A stretch of DNA of 52,828 nt from an uncultured bacterium (GTDB lineage: Bacteria; Methylomirabilota; Methylomirabilia; Methylomirabilales; CSP1-5), in assembly GCA_964429865.1 (NCBI GenBank), contig CAYSDK010000003.1, forward strand, positions 1 through 52,828, given 5' to 3'. Below are positions 1 to 9,238 of the stretch, one piece after another. Made by a program: the position numbers and the translations under genes. Position 1 is the stretch's first letter. Every line of letters starts with the position of its first letter. The notes under the pieces are model-generated. The model made no database searches and was not told the origin of the DNA. It was given only the letters and a program-made list of their open reading frames with translations.

Positions 1-240
1 CTCAAAGAGAGCGAGGCTAAAGCTACCATGGCACACGAGGGCTGTCAAGGTCGCCACCGTTGCAGCGTTTGTCGACGACGGCCGAGAGTGGAGGAGCTTG
101 ACAAGTCCGTAGAAAGACACGAAAATCACCTCAGTTTATTGGAGGTGTCACGAGCGAGATAAACCGACCAGCCTACTTATAGTTCGGTACGATCTGTCTT
201 CAGATCTGACCGCAACCCGAAGGTGAACTAGGAGACTTAG

Positions 241-660
241 ATGACGATCGCCTCCGATCTCTTGCAACGACATATCCAGACACTCGTCGAGGACAACGCG
301 CAATGGCAGACGCTGATCGCCGATGATATTTTGTGGGAACTCGCCTACGCGCCCGCCATCGGCCATCCGGCGCGGCTATCGGGGCGGGAGGAGGTGGTGC
401 GTCACGTAACCTGGTTCCTAGGGGCGGTGGAAAATTTCCGTTTCTTCGACCTCAAGGTGTATCCCTTCGCCGATCCGGAAGGGGCAGTCGCCGAAGTCAA
501 GGCGGAGGGGCTCATCAAGCCTACGGGGCGTATCTATCGCCAGGATTATGTGCTGTTCCTGCGTGCTGCAGGCGGCAAGATCGCGTTCCTACGCGAATAT
601 TTCGATCCCGTGCGTGCGGCCAAGGCGCTGGACACGCCGATTCTTGGTCTCGAATCCTGA
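241..660 (+). CDS. NTF2-like / SnoaL-like fold protein (PhzA/B-like small alpha+beta barrel)
   Basis: 139-aa ORF. ATG is preceded by AGGAG 6 nt upstream. Size and pattern (LxEDxxWE...V..F...NFRFFDLKVYP...Y.QDYVLFL....GKI...REYFDP) are typical of SnoaL/NTF2-like proteins. Family call is from memory only. Confidence 0.55.
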   Translation: MTIASDLLQRHIQTLVEDNAQWQTLIADDILWELAYAPAIGHPARLSGREEVVRHVTWFLGAVENFRFFDLKVYPFADPEGAVAEVKAEGLIKPTGRIYRQDYVLFLRAAGGKIAFLREYFDPVRAAKALDTPILGLES

Positions 661-884
661 GGACAAGCGGCGACGGGCCGGACAACTCCCAACCGCCCCC
701 GAACCAGGCGCTGCACCTGACCGGGGCCGCAATATTGGTTTCGTGCGACATCAAGCTCTTGCAGCGGCCCCGGCAGGTGAGCTTAGTCGTTAGGCCATCG
801 AGGCGAGCGGCTGCGGCGGCAAGTCGTTCCCGGATGCCGGGACGGTCGTCGCAACCAAAACGAACGCCAGTGATGGAGGTGTCT

Positions 885-1400
885 ATGAGCATGCGTCGTT
901 TCAAGTGTTCGGTCGGCGGGCTGTTCATGGTGGTCTTCGCCGGGTTACTCCTGGCGCAGCCGGCCGCCTCCGCCCAGGAGAAGAACAAGCCCGACCTGGA
1001 CAAGATCCCCAAGAAGGTGATGGACACTCTGAGGGCCAAGTTCCCCAAGGCCGAGATCCACAAGTGGACCAAGGAGAAAGAAGGCAACATCGTCGTCTAC
1101 GAAATCGAGTTCAAGCAGGAGGGCCGGAAGTTCGAGGCGGACATCAAGGAGGACGGCACGATCCACAACTGGGAGAAAGAGGTTGCGGTCAAGGACCTGC
1201 CCGATGCCGTCAAGAAGGCCGTGGAAAAGAAGTACCCCAAGTCCACTCCCAAGCAGATCATGGAGATCACGGCGGTAAGGGACGGGAAGGATGCGCTCGA
1301 AGGGTATGAAATCGTTCTCACAACCGCCGACAAGAAGGATGTCGAAGTCACTGTGGCACCCGACGGCAAGATCCTCGAAGATGCCGGGGACAAGAAATGA
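885..1400 (+). CDS. Secreted PepSY-like (DUF2874-like) repeat protein
   Basis: Long ORF 333..1400, but the upstream part is Arg/Pro/Gly-rich junk. GGAGG at 875-879 lies 5 nt before the ATG at 885. Signal peptide MSMRRFKCSVGGLFMVVFAGLLLAQPAASA, then two KKYP/KFPKA...YE[IV] repeats typical of PepSY-like lipocalin-type domains. Alternative starts at 873 and 891. Confidence 0.7.
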   Translation: MSMRRFKCSVGGLFMVVFAGLLLAQPAASAQEKNKPDLDKIPKKVMDTLRAKFPKAEIHKWTKEKEGNIVVYEIEFKQEGRKFEADIKEDGTIHNWEKEVAVKDLPDAVKKAVEKKYPKSTPKQIMEITAVRDGKDALEGYEIVLTTADKKDVEVTVAPDGKILEDAGDKK

Positions 1401-1483
1401 TGTGGGCCTAACGAGGCGCTGCACCTGGGCAGAGGCCGCCTGGGCCGCCGGAGGAACGGGTGATGAGGCGAGGGGCGGGGACG

Positions 1484-2719
1484 TCAAGCGCGGCGGAGGA
1501 GGCGGGTGGCGATGCGATGGCCGTTCCAGGCCGCAGCCGAGAGTCCACGTCCTAGTGGGCTCTCGGTCGACATGACGGCGAGATTGCGCGGTCGGAGCCA
1601 GCGTGAAGCGAGGGGAAACTCCAGCCGCGCTTGCCTGGGTGGAACCGGGCAGGTCTGGGCCCCCGCCCACCCCGGGAAGGCCTCGTCGAGGAGGCTCACC
1701 GGATCTCGACGCGGGGCCCGGAGCATGCGGATCGCCACCGCTCGTTTTCGGGACGACCGTCCATCGGCATCCCCAACGACCCCTAAGGCAAGATGCAGGA
1801 GACCCGGCGGAGCCTCACCCGACCGCTCGGCCTCGACTACAAGGACATTCCTCTCCATCTCCCCCGGGATCAGTGCCTCGTCCACGAGAAGATGCAGGAC
1901 TCGATCCTGTGGACCCGGATCGGGTTCCCATACCACATAACGAGCAGACACCACTTCCCCGTCCGCCGTCGCGACCTCACGGATTGTATTCCATCTGACC
2001 GTGATTTCTCGCACCACCCCATCCCGGATCTCTCCCCCTAGCGCTTGGAAGCGACGGATGGGGCGCTCGATGAACGCCTTGGTTCCTTCCCGGGGGGCGA
2101 AGAAACCTTTCCGGGCGTGACCAAAGGCCATAGCGGCCATGGCTATGGTGGCCTGTGACGGGTCCACACCGAAGCAGGCCGCGGCCACCGCCTCGGCCAT
2201 GTCACAAAAAGGAGGGGTCATCCCGCGCTCCCGAAGAAAGGTCCGAAGGTGACGTTTGCCGTCGAGTCGGCTGCTACTCCAGCGCGCCATGGTCCAGAGC
2301 GGCGTCTCCATCCGCGCCCAGATCACTTCGGAGAACTGACACAGGCCCTCCACGCAGATGAGAATGTCAGACCAGGAGCTTGAAAATTCCCGTCGAAGCT
2401 CCCGCTCCCAATCGGGACCCGGGCCGTACAGTCCCACCCGGTGGCAGGGAAGGACCACCTGGACCCCCGGTTGAAGTCGGACCACCGGGGGCTGCTCTTC
2501 TGTGGCCAGCAACGGATGGAGAAATCCCCCCTCCTCCAAACCCCAGAGCAGATCCGGGGATCGATCATGCTCGAACCTATCGTGGGTCCGGTAGAAGGAG
2601 TCCTCGAGCGCCCCGGGGGTGAGCAGGAGGACCCGCCAGCCACGCTGGGCCAGTGCCGTCCCACAGGTCACGCTGCCCATTCCGGATCCGACGATGAGGC
2701 AGTCAATCTCCCGGTGCAT
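1484..2719 (-). CDS. FAD/NAD(P)-binding oxidoreductase (phytoene-desaturase/amine-oxidase-like)
   Basis: The N-terminus MHREIDCLIVGSGMGSVTCGTALAQRGWRVLLL carries a GxGxxG Rossmann dinucleotide motif. I chose the internal ATG at 2719 because the 2782 start would overlap der by 80 nt. The specific subfamily is not resolvable by eye. Confidence 0.55.
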   Translation of the reverse strand: MHREIDCLIVGSGMGSVTCGTALAQRGWRVLLLTPGALEDSFYRTHDRFEHDRSPDLLWGLEEGGFLHPLLATEEQPPVVRLQPGVQVVLPCHRVGLYGPGPDWERELRREFSSSWSDILICVEGLCQFSEVIWARMETPLWTMARWSSSRLDGKRHLRTFLRERGMTPPFCDMAEAVAAACFGVDPSQATIAMAAMAFGHARKGFFAPREGTKAFIERPIRRFQALGGEIRDGVVREITVRWNTIREVATADGEVVSARYVVWEPDPGPQDRVLHLLVDEALIPGEMERNVLVVEAERSGEAPPGLLHLALGVVGDADGRSSRKRAVAIRMLRAPRRDPVSLLDEAFPGWAGAQTCPVPPRQARLEFPLASRWLRPRNLAVMSTESPLGRGLSAAAWNGHRIATRLLRRA

Positions 2720-4184
2720 GGGGGCTCTTCCGCCGGAAGGGGCGCCCTCTTCGGACGTGAAGGCGGATCGGGTTGCCCTCAAACCCGTACGCCGTCCGAA
2801 GGCGATTCACGAGGTACCGCACATACGACGGGGGGATGCCTTTGGGATCGTTGACGAAGAGGCCAAAGGTCGGTGGCCGGGAGCCGAGCTGGGTGGCAGA
2901 CCGAATCGTGACCGGCCGCCCCTGCATTGAGGGGGGAGGATGCGCGGCCACGGCCTCGCCGATGAAGCGATCAAGCTCGTCGGGTGGAATGCGCCGCCCG
3001 CGCTCTTTGAGCACGCGCTCCACCACGGGAAAGATCTTGAAGACCCGCTGGCCCGTCAGCGCTGAGACACAGAGGGCTGGAGCGTAGTCCAGATGCCCTA
3101 GCTCTTCACGAATTCGGCGCAGATGCTCGTCAGCCCCCCCTGCCCGTTTTTCCACCAGGTCCCATTTGTTCACCACGAGGATAGAAGCGCACCCCGCCTG
3201 CGTGGCGATCCCGGCGATCCGCGCGTCCTGACGCACCACCCCAGTCACCGCATCGAGCAGGATAAGAGCCACATCAGAGCGCTCCACGGCCTTGACCGCC
3301 CGGAGGATGCTGTAATACTCGACCCGATGGCTCATCCGGCTCTGGGAGTGAATCCCCGCCGTGTCTACCAACACATATCGCTGTCCTTGGACCGTAAAGG
3401 GGGTATCAATGGCGTCTCGCGTCGTTCCGGGATCAGGATTGACGATAACTCGGGGCTCTCCCAATATCCGGTTGACCAGGGAAGACTTCCCCACGTTGGG
3501 CCGTCCGATCACGGCGATCGTTACGCCCTCAACGGTCGCAGGCGTCTCCTCCGCCGGCGGCACCAGGGCAAGCACGCCATCCAGGAGCTCTCCCACGCCC
3601 GTCCCGTGCTCGGCGGAGACCGGGAGGACCTCGGAAAACCCGAGTCGATAAAACTCAGCCGCCTCGGAGGTCCTCACCGCGGTATCCACCTTGTTGGCCA
3701 CAAGCATGACCGGTTTCTCCGCCTTCTTTCTGAGCAGAAGGGCGATCTCCTCATCCACAGGGGTCAGCCCCTCCCTGGCGTCCACCAGAAAGAGGATGAG
3801 GTCCGCCTCCTCCATGGCCAGTTGGGCCTGCAGAGTGACCTGCTGGGCGATGCGGGAAGGGGTCTTGGGTTCGAAGCCGCCGGTGTCGACGAGGAGAAAG
3901 GATCGCCCCCGCCACTCGACGGTGCCGTAGTTCCGGTCCCGAGTGACCCCGGGAGTCGCATCGACGATCGCACGGCGCCCCCCCACCAGCCGGTTAAAGA
4001 GGGTGGACTTTCCCACGTTGGGGCGACCCACGATCGCTATGGTGGCCAGCGGTGCCATGCGCGTCCGCTCCGCCTCCGATGCCAGGACCAAGCTGGCTGC
4101 CCTGGCCCGTTCCTTAGGTGGAACGGGCCTGACCCTTGGTTCGGGGCTTTGAGTCGGAACGGCACTAGGATACTGCATCGCCAC
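2703..4184 (-). CDS. der: Ribosome-biogenesis GTPase Der (EngA), two tandem GTPase domains plus KH-like C-terminus
   Basis: Two P-loops (GRPNVGKSTLFNRL and GRPNVGKSSLVNRI), DTGG/DTAG and NKVD/NKWD motifs. The canonical N-terminus MAPLATIAIVGRPNVGKS begins at the internal ATG 4058. The 42-aa upstream extension may not be translated. Confidence 0.9.
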   Translation of the reverse strand: MAMQYPSAVPTQSPEPRVRPVPPKERARAASLVLASEAERTRMAPLATIAIVGRPNVGKSTLFNRLVGGRRAIVDATPGVTRDRNYGTVEWRGRSFLLVDTGGFEPKTPSRIAQQVTLQAQLAMEEADLILFLVDAREGLTPVDEEIALLLRKKAEKPVMLVANKVDTAVRTSEAAEFYRLGFSEVLPVSAEHGTGVGELLDGVLALVPPAEETPATVEGVTIAVIGRPNVGKSSLVNRILGEPRVIVNPDPGTTRDAIDTPFTVQGQRYVLVDTAGIHSQSRMSHRVEYYSILRAVKAVERSDVALILLDAVTGVVRQDARIAGIATQAGCASILVVNKWDLVEKRAGGADEHLRRIREELGHLDYAPALCVSALTGQRVFKIFPVVERVLKERGRRIPPDELDRFIGEAVAAHPPPSMQGRPVTIRSATQLGSRPPTFGLFVNDPKGIPPSYVRYLVNRLRTAYGFEGNPIRLHVRRGRPFRRKSPHAPGD

Positions 4185-4276
4185 CGCAGACGCAACGCAG
4201 CAGAAAGCAGGGTCACGGATTCGGAGAGATCAAGGGATGAAGAGTGGAAGGGATCCGAGGAGAGGGCGAGCCTCGA

Positions 4277-4825
4277 CTACGCCGGTGAGGCGTTTCGCAG
4301 CCGGGAGATCACCTCGACGGTCCCGCGGTAGACGTAGTCAATCCCCGACAGGGCCGTGAGGATCGCCGCTGCCCAGACGAGCGCATCGACGGGCGCACCC
4401 CTCTCTCTCACCGTCATGGCCGCCAGGACCGTGAGGATCTGCAGTCCCGTGGTGAGCTTCCCGATCGCTGATGGCGGGTACCCCAAGCGGCCACTGGTCG
4501 CGTAGAGAATACAGGAGCCCGCCATCAAGACCAGGTCCCTCCCTATGGCGATTACCGGAAACCAAAGGGGGAGACGTTCGACAACGCCCAACGTGAAGAG
4601 CGATGCGCCCAACAGGAGCTTATCGGCGACCGGATCGAGCATCCTCCCGAACTCCGTCCCCTCCCGCAAAGAGCGGGCCAAGAATCCGTCGAGCCCGTCG
4701 GTGATTCCGGCGACGAGGAAGACGACAAACGCCCAGGAGAAATCTTCCCGGAGGAGGAGGAGCACGATCACCGGCGTCAAGACCAGGCGAAGAAGGGTGA
4801 GCCCGTTGGGGAGATTGATGATCAC
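4277..4825 (-). CDS. CDP-alcohol phosphatidyltransferase family protein (PgsA-like paralog)
   Basis: D-G-x2-A-R-x8-G-x3-D-x3-D motif (TDGLDGFLARSLREGTEFGRMLDPVADKLL) in a 182-aa multi-TM protein. ATGA overlap with the hflX stop. Confidence 0.8.
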   Translation of the reverse strand: MIINLPNGLTLLRLVLTPVIVLLLLREDFSWAFVVFLVAGITDGLDGFLARSLREGTEFGRMLDPVADKLLLGASLFTLGVVERLPLWFPVIAIGRDLVLMAGSCILYATSGRLGYPPSAIGKLTTGLQILTVLAAMTVRERGAPVDALVWAAAILTALSGIDYVYRGTVEVISRLRNASPA

Positions 4826-5982
4826 GGTCTCTGCCTCTCGTCTCCCGCGTCGACCGAAGGGTCTCTCGCGACGGCCGTGGCGTCTTTGACGGTTTTCAGG
4901 GTCTCGGCCATGGCGTGCTTGAGGTCGGCAAGCCCGGTCCCGGTTCGCGCCGAGACCACGACGGCCCGCGGCCTGCGGGCCAGAAACGCGACCGCCGCCG
5001 CATGCGGCAGCTTGTCGATCTTGTTGTACACATTGATCAGAGGCTTCGCGGCTGCCCCCAGTTCCCCCAGGACCACCATCACCGCCTGCGACTGATTCTG
5101 CCAGTCTGGATGGGAGATATCGATCACGTGGAGGAGGAAATCCGATGCCCGGACTTCTTCCAACGTCGCCTTGAAGGCCTCCACCAATTGATGGGGAAGC
5201 TTCCTGATGAATCCCACGGTATCCGACAGGAGGATGTCCCGGCCGCCGGGCACACTGACCTTCCGTAGCGTTGGGTCCAGCGTGGCAAAGAACTTGTCGG
5301 CCACCGGGAGGGCCGCGTGGGTCAACGCATTCAGCAGGGACGACTTCCCCGCATTGGTGTATCCCACGACTGCTGCGGTCGGGAGGGCCCGCTTCTGCCG
5401 ATGCCGACGTAAGAGTGCCCGATGGCGTCGAACCTTCTCCAGTTCCTCCTCGATCTTGACGATCCGGCGCCGAATCCGCCGTCGATCCACCTCCAGCTGC
5501 GTCTCGCCGGGGCCCCGGGTCCCAATGCCACCTCCCAGCCGGGACAGCTCGCCCCCATGGCCGGTGAGGCGCGGGAGCAGATACTTGAGCTGGGCCAGCT
5601 CGACCTGGAGCTTCCCCTCCCGAGATCGGGCGCGCTGGGCGAAAATATCCAGAATGAGCCCGGCCCGATCAATCACCTTTCGACCAAGGGTGGCTTCGAG
5701 ATTTCTCTGCTGGGAACCGGTCAGGTCATTGTCGAAGATGACGAGATCCACGCCCTCCTCGCAGATCGCCCTGACCTCCTCGACCTTCCCCGGACCGATC
5801 AGGGTGCGGGGATTGGGCAGGAACCGCTCCTGGAGGACGCGAAGGGTCGGCGTAGCCCCTGCCGAGATCGCCAGCTGAGCCAGCTCCTCCAGGGAATCCT
5901 CGGCGTCCCAACGGGACTGGTGAGGCCGCCTGAGCCCGATGAGGACCGCCACTTCACGCCGTGGTAGGGAGACTGCTCTCAC
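4822..5982 (-). CDS. hflX: GTPase HflX
   Basis: HflX N-domain signature (GKLQVELAQLKYLLPRL, GGGIGTRGPGETQLEVDRR) followed by G-domain motifs GYTNAGKSSLLN, DTVGF and NKID. Confidence 0.9.
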   Translation of the reverse strand: MRAVSLPRREVAVLIGLRRPHQSRWDAEDSLEELAQLAISAGATPTLRVLQERFLPNPRTLIGPGKVEEVRAICEEGVDLVIFDNDLTGSQQRNLEATLGRKVIDRAGLILDIFAQRARSREGKLQVELAQLKYLLPRLTGHGGELSRLGGGIGTRGPGETQLEVDRRRIRRRIVKIEEELEKVRRHRALLRRHRQKRALPTAAVVGYTNAGKSSLLNALTHAALPVADKFFATLDPTLRKVSVPGGRDILLSDTVGFIRKLPHQLVEAFKATLEEVRASDFLLHVIDISHPDWQNQSQAVMVVLGELGAAAKPLINVYNKIDKLPHAAAVAFLARRPRAVVVSARTGTGLADLKHAMAETLKTVKDATAVARDPSVDAGDERQRP

Positions 5983-6866
5983 CGAAGTTGCTCGCGCGTC
6001 TCCTTAGCCCGCTGAAACTCCTCCGCCAGGCGGGCCATATCCTGTGTCCGAATCATCTCCTCGATCCGCTCTAGGACCTTCCGGAATCGCGCGATGGAGT
6101 CCAGGACCTCCCCGCGATTTCGGATCAGGATGTCACGCCACATGATCGGGTGCGACGCCGCAATCCGGGTGAAGTCCCGAAGCCCACCGCCGCTGAACCG
6201 CAGAAGTTCTTCCTCCCCGTCCCCACGGTTCAGCACGGTTGCAATGAGCGCGTAGGCGACGACATGCGGCAGATGGCTGACGAGGGCGAAGATCTGGTCG
6301 TGCCGGAAGGGATCCATCAGAACCACGTGGGATCCCACCCCCTCCCACAGGCGCATGACCTTCTTGAGGGCCTCCTCGGGGGTTTGGGACGACGGTGTGA
6401 GCACGCAGAGACTCCCGTGAAAGAGTCCGGCCGAGGCGGCCTCGGGCCCAGAGCGTTCGGTTCCGGCGATAGGGTGCGCAGGGACGTAGGTTCGGCCAGG
6501 AGGGATCTCTCTCTCCACCTCGGCGACGAGATCTCCCTTCACACTTCCCACGTCGGTCACGATACACCCGGGGGCGAGGTGGGGTGCAGCGGCTCGGACC
6601 ACTTCCGCGATGCCCCCGACGGGGACGGCCACCACCACGAGGTCGGCGCCCGCCACCCCGGCCGGCAGATCGCCAACCTCGTCCACCAGGCCCAGGGCCA
6701 TCGCGTGATTCAGATGGATCCGATCTCTGTCCAGGCCGATAACGCGGCTGGCGAGCCGCCCCCGGCAGGCCCGAGCCAGGCTGCCGCCGATGAGGCCCAC
6801 ACCGATCACCGCCATGCGCTGGAAGATCGGTTCACGGACTTCGACGAGCTCAGTCGAGTCGTTCAC
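5979..6866 (-). CDS. tyrA: Prephenate (arogenate) dehydrogenase
   Basis: GTG start. N-terminal MAVIGVGLIGGSLA Rossmann motif, HPIAGTERSG active-site region, and position within the pheA-hisC-aroF cluster. Confidence 0.85.
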   Translation of the reverse strand: MNDSTELVEVREPIFQRMAVIGVGLIGGSLARACRGRLASRVIGLDRDRIHLNHAMALGLVDEVGDLPAGVAGADLVVVAVPVGGIAEVVRAAAPHLAPGCIVTDVGSVKGDLVAEVEREIPPGRTYVPAHPIAGTERSGPEAASAGLFHGSLCVLTPSSQTPEEALKKVMRLWEGVGSHVVLMDPFRHDQIFALVSHLPHVVAYALIATVLNRGDGEEELLRFSGGGLRDFTRIAASHPIMWRDILIRNRGEVLDSIARFRKVLERIEEMIRTQDMARLAEEFQRAKETREQLR

Positions 6867-6955
6867 AGTTCACCGTTCACAGTTCGATGACCGATGACCG
6901 TTGACCGGTGACGGTCTGAATTCGGTGGTCGGTCGTCGGTGATCGGTCATCGAGT
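6867..6955. repeat. Intergenic imperfect palindrome built from tandem heptamers (element E1)
   Basis: Fills the aroF-tyrA gap. Period-7 units read AGTTCAC CGTTCAC AGTTCGA TGACCGA TGACCGT TGACCGG TGACGGT / CGGTGGT CGGTCGT CGGTGAT CGGTCAT. Arms 6886-6914 and 6923-6951 are complementary at 21 of 29 positions, with the outer 10 bp perfect. Loop is 6915-6922. Confidence 0.7.
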
Positions 6956-7969
6956 TCATACCGTGCGTCCAACGACGGGCGCCAGGGCCCGCATCTGCTC
7001 CATCAGTGCGGCGAACCGGCTAGGGATCAGGGCCTGAGGTCCGTCGGATAAGGCTACCTCGGGTTGGGGATGGACCTCGACCATGACCCCGTCCGCCCCC
7101 ACGGCAACGGCCGCCAGCGTCAGCGAGGCCACGAGATCCCATTTTCCGGCGGCGTGACTCGGATCGACGATGACCGGCAGGTGCGACAGCTGCTTCAGCG
7201 ACGGGACCGCCGAAAGGTCCAGCGTATTCCGGGTGTACTCTTCGAAGGTCCGGATGCCCCGCTCGCAGAGGACAATATTGTAGTTTCCCTCGGACATGAT
7301 GTACTCGGCCGACATCAGAAGCTCCTTGATCGTCGAGCTCATCCCCCGCTTGAGGAGGACCGGCTTGCGGTGGATGCCCACCTCCTTGAGGAGACGGAAG
7401 TTCTGCATATTCCTGGCACCGATCTGGACCATGTCGGCATACTTCATCACGAGCTCTGCATCCCGCGGGTCCATCAACTCGGTGACGACCGGCAGCCCGG
7501 TCACCTCCCGCACCTCGGCCAGGTATCTCAACCCCTCCTCGCCAAGCCCCTGAAACGAATACGGCGAGGTCCTCGGCTTAAAGGCCCCCCCTCGGAGCAG
7601 GGTGGCCCCTGCCTGCTTGATCTTGGTCGCCGTATCAAGCAGCATCTCGCGCCCTTCGACCGAGCATGGGCCGGCAATGACCGCCAGCCGCTCCCCGCCT
7701 ATCGCTACACCATTGACCTCCACGACGCTTGGCTCGGCCTTGAAGTCTCGACTGGCGAGTTTGAAGGGCTTCAAAATGGGGAGGACCTTTTCGACGGCGG
7801 GCAGGGCCTCAAAAGGCACGTTCCGAAGGACCCGCTCATCCCCGATGGCCCCGATGATGGTCCGCTCCACCCCTCTGGAGACGTGGGGCTTGAGGCCGTG
7901 CTGGGTAATTCGCTCCACCACCTGGTCGATGTCCGCTTGGGTGGCGGTAGAGCGCAAGACGATGATCAT
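6956..7969 (-). CDS. aroF: 3-deoxy-7-phosphoheptulonate (DAHP) synthase, class I-beta with N-terminal ferredoxin-like regulatory domain
   Basis: [21 protein letters not shown]... N-domain, then a KDO8PS-like core ([41 protein letters not shown]). Resembles Thermotoga-type DAHPS. Confidence 0.9.
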   Translation of the reverse strand: MIIVLRSTATQADIDQVVERITQHGLKPHVSRGVERTIIGAIGDERVLRNVPFEALPAVEKVLPILKPFKLASRDFKAEPSVVEVNGVAIGGERLAVIAGPCSVEGREMLLDTATKIKQAGATLLRGGAFKPRTSPYSFQGLGEEGLRYLAEVREVTGLPVVTELMDPRDAELVMKYADMVQIGARNMQNFRLLKEVGIHRKPVLLKRGMSSTIKELLMSAEYIMSEGNYNIVLCERGIRTFEEYTRNTLDLSAVPSLKQLSHLPVIVDPSHAAGKWDLVASLTLAAVAVGADGVMVEVHPQPEVALSDGPQALIPSRFAALMEQMRALAPVVGRTV

Positions 7970-9150
7970 CTCTTGTTCCTCCCCCCTGGGGGACCCGCGG
8001 ACCTCGCCGCCGCCCCCACCGTGCCGAGCACTTCGGCCAGGGCCTGGAGAGCCCGGCTATTTTCCTGGCGTGTTCCCACCGTCACGCGGATATACGTGGG
8101 CAGACTATACCCCTCCATGGATCGAACGATGACCCCGTTGCGCAGGAGGGCGTCCGCGACCGCCTTGCCTTCCACCCCGACGTTGACCAGGATGAAGTTG
8201 GTGACGCTCGGGATGGTGACAAGTCCCAACTCGTCGAGGCGGGACTGCATGGTTTTACGTCCGGCCTCGGTGATTCGAAGCGTCTCCTCGAGGTGGGCCG
8301 CATCGTCCAGGGCAGCCAAGGCCGCCTTCTGGGCCAACGTGTTGACGTTGAAGGGCTGCCGCACCCGGTTCAGAAGCCCCACCATCTCCGTGGAGCCGAT
8401 GCCGTACCCGATCCGCAGTCCCGCGAGACCGTACGCCTTGGAAAAGGTCCTGAGGGCCAAGAGATAGCGCCCCTCCCGGACATAGCGAAGGAGATCCGGC
8501 TGAAGATACCGGGGGACATACTCCCGATATGCCTCATCCACCACCAGGATGACATCGGGTGGAAGCGCCCGCACAAAATCGTCCAGGTCGGTGGGCGAGA
8601 CGTACGTCCCGGTCGGATTATTGGGGTTGCCCAGAAACACCAGCTTGGTCCGGGCGGTCACCGCCTTGAGCATCCCGCGAAGATCGTGCGTGAAATCCTT
8701 CAGAGAGACCTCTCGGATTTGGCCCCCCACGGCCTGGCAGACACTCCGATAGACGACAAAGGCCGGATGGCCCATCACCGCCTCATCCCCCGGTCCCAGG
8801 AAGGCTCGGGTGACGAGCTCCAACAGCTCATTGCTCCCGTTGCCGACACAGAGCTCCTCGGGTGTCACCCCGAGGCGCCGACTGAGCCCCTGGCGCAAGG
8901 CATAACAGCCGCCATCGGGGTACCGGTGCAGCCCTTGAACCGCCTCTCGAATGGCCTGCAGCGCCAGCGGCGAGGGGCCCAGGGGATTTTCGTTGGAGGC
9001 GAGCTTGAGCACGTCATCGAGCCCGAGCTCCCGCTCCACCTCCTCCATCGGCCTCCCCGGGCTGTACGGGATCAGTCCCAGGATTTGAGGCTGTGCCAAC
9101 TCTGTCAGCGTTTTCATCTGGCGGCTCATTGTCTGTCCTTCATGCGTCAT
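7966..9150 (-). CDS. hisC: Histidinol-phosphate / aromatic aminotransferase (class II PLP)
   Basis: LASNENPLGPSP motif, FSKAYGLAGLRIGY PLP-lysine region. ATGA overlap with the aroF start. An internal ATG at 9129 has the better SD (GAAGGA, 6-nt spacer). Confidence 0.9.
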   Translation of the reverse strand: MTHEGQTMSRQMKTLTELAQPQILGLIPYSPGRPMEEVERELGLDDVLKLASNENPLGPSPLALQAIREAVQGLHRYPDGGCYALRQGLSRRLGVTPEELCVGNGSNELLELVTRAFLGPGDEAVMGHPAFVVYRSVCQAVGGQIREVSLKDFTHDLRGMLKAVTARTKLVFLGNPNNPTGTYVSPTDLDDFVRALPPDVILVVDEAYREYVPRYLQPDLLRYVREGRYLLALRTFSKAYGLAGLRIGYGIGSTEMVGLLNRVRQPFNVNTLAQKAALAALDDAAHLEETLRITEAGRKTMQSRLDELGLVTIPSVTNFILVNVGVEGKAVADALLRNGVIVRSMEGYSLPTYIRVTVGTRQENSRALQALAEVLGTVGAAARSAGPPGGRNKR

Positions 9151-9165
9151 CGTCCCCGTTCATGA

Positions 9166-9237
9166 GGTGGTTGGTGGCTAGTGGTTGGTGGTTGGCTCTT
9201 GCTCTTCACCAGACACTAATCACCAGTCACCAGTCAC
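9166..9237. repeat. Intergenic heptamer-tandem palindromic element (E2)
   Basis: Between pheA and hisC. G/T-rich arm GGTGGTT GGTGGCT AGTGGTT GGTGGTT faces C/A-rich arm CACCAGA CACTAAT CACCAGT CACCAGT. 9173-9190 pairs with 9214-9231 (14 Watson-Crick, 3 G:T, 1 mismatch). The 20-nt core CACTAATCACCAGTCACCAG is identical to 44622-44641. Confidence 0.7.
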
Positions 9238-9238
9238 T

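Noticed and set aside
333-884. Long N-terminal extension of the PepSY-like ORF (track ORF 333..1400, 355 aa)
   Set aside because: The upstream 180 codons are Arg/Gly/Pro-rich low-complexity sequence that overlaps the SnoaL-like gene out of frame. A strong SD and a signal peptide occur at 885.
706-1427. 14-nt direct repeat AGGCGCTGCACCTG (706-719 and 1414-1427) flanking the PepSY-like gene, considered as insertion target duplication
   Set aside because: A 14-mer match within about 1 kb has a non-negligible chance expectation in 53 kb of GC-rich DNA. The enclosed gene has native-looking high third-position GC, and there are no mobility genes.
3123-4331. 402-aa plus-strand ORF antisense to der. 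The same class includes 7064..8467, 9347..10474, 23960..25117, 28396..29481, 30223..31869, 33008..34249, 45589..46437, 48121..49191, 49258..50286 (+), and 50553..51503, 51500..52303 (-)
   Set aside because: These are typical high-GC shadow ORFs. Each lies antisense to a gene with strong family motifs, their products are Arg/Pro/Gly/His-rich with no recognisable domains, and they lack SD sequences.
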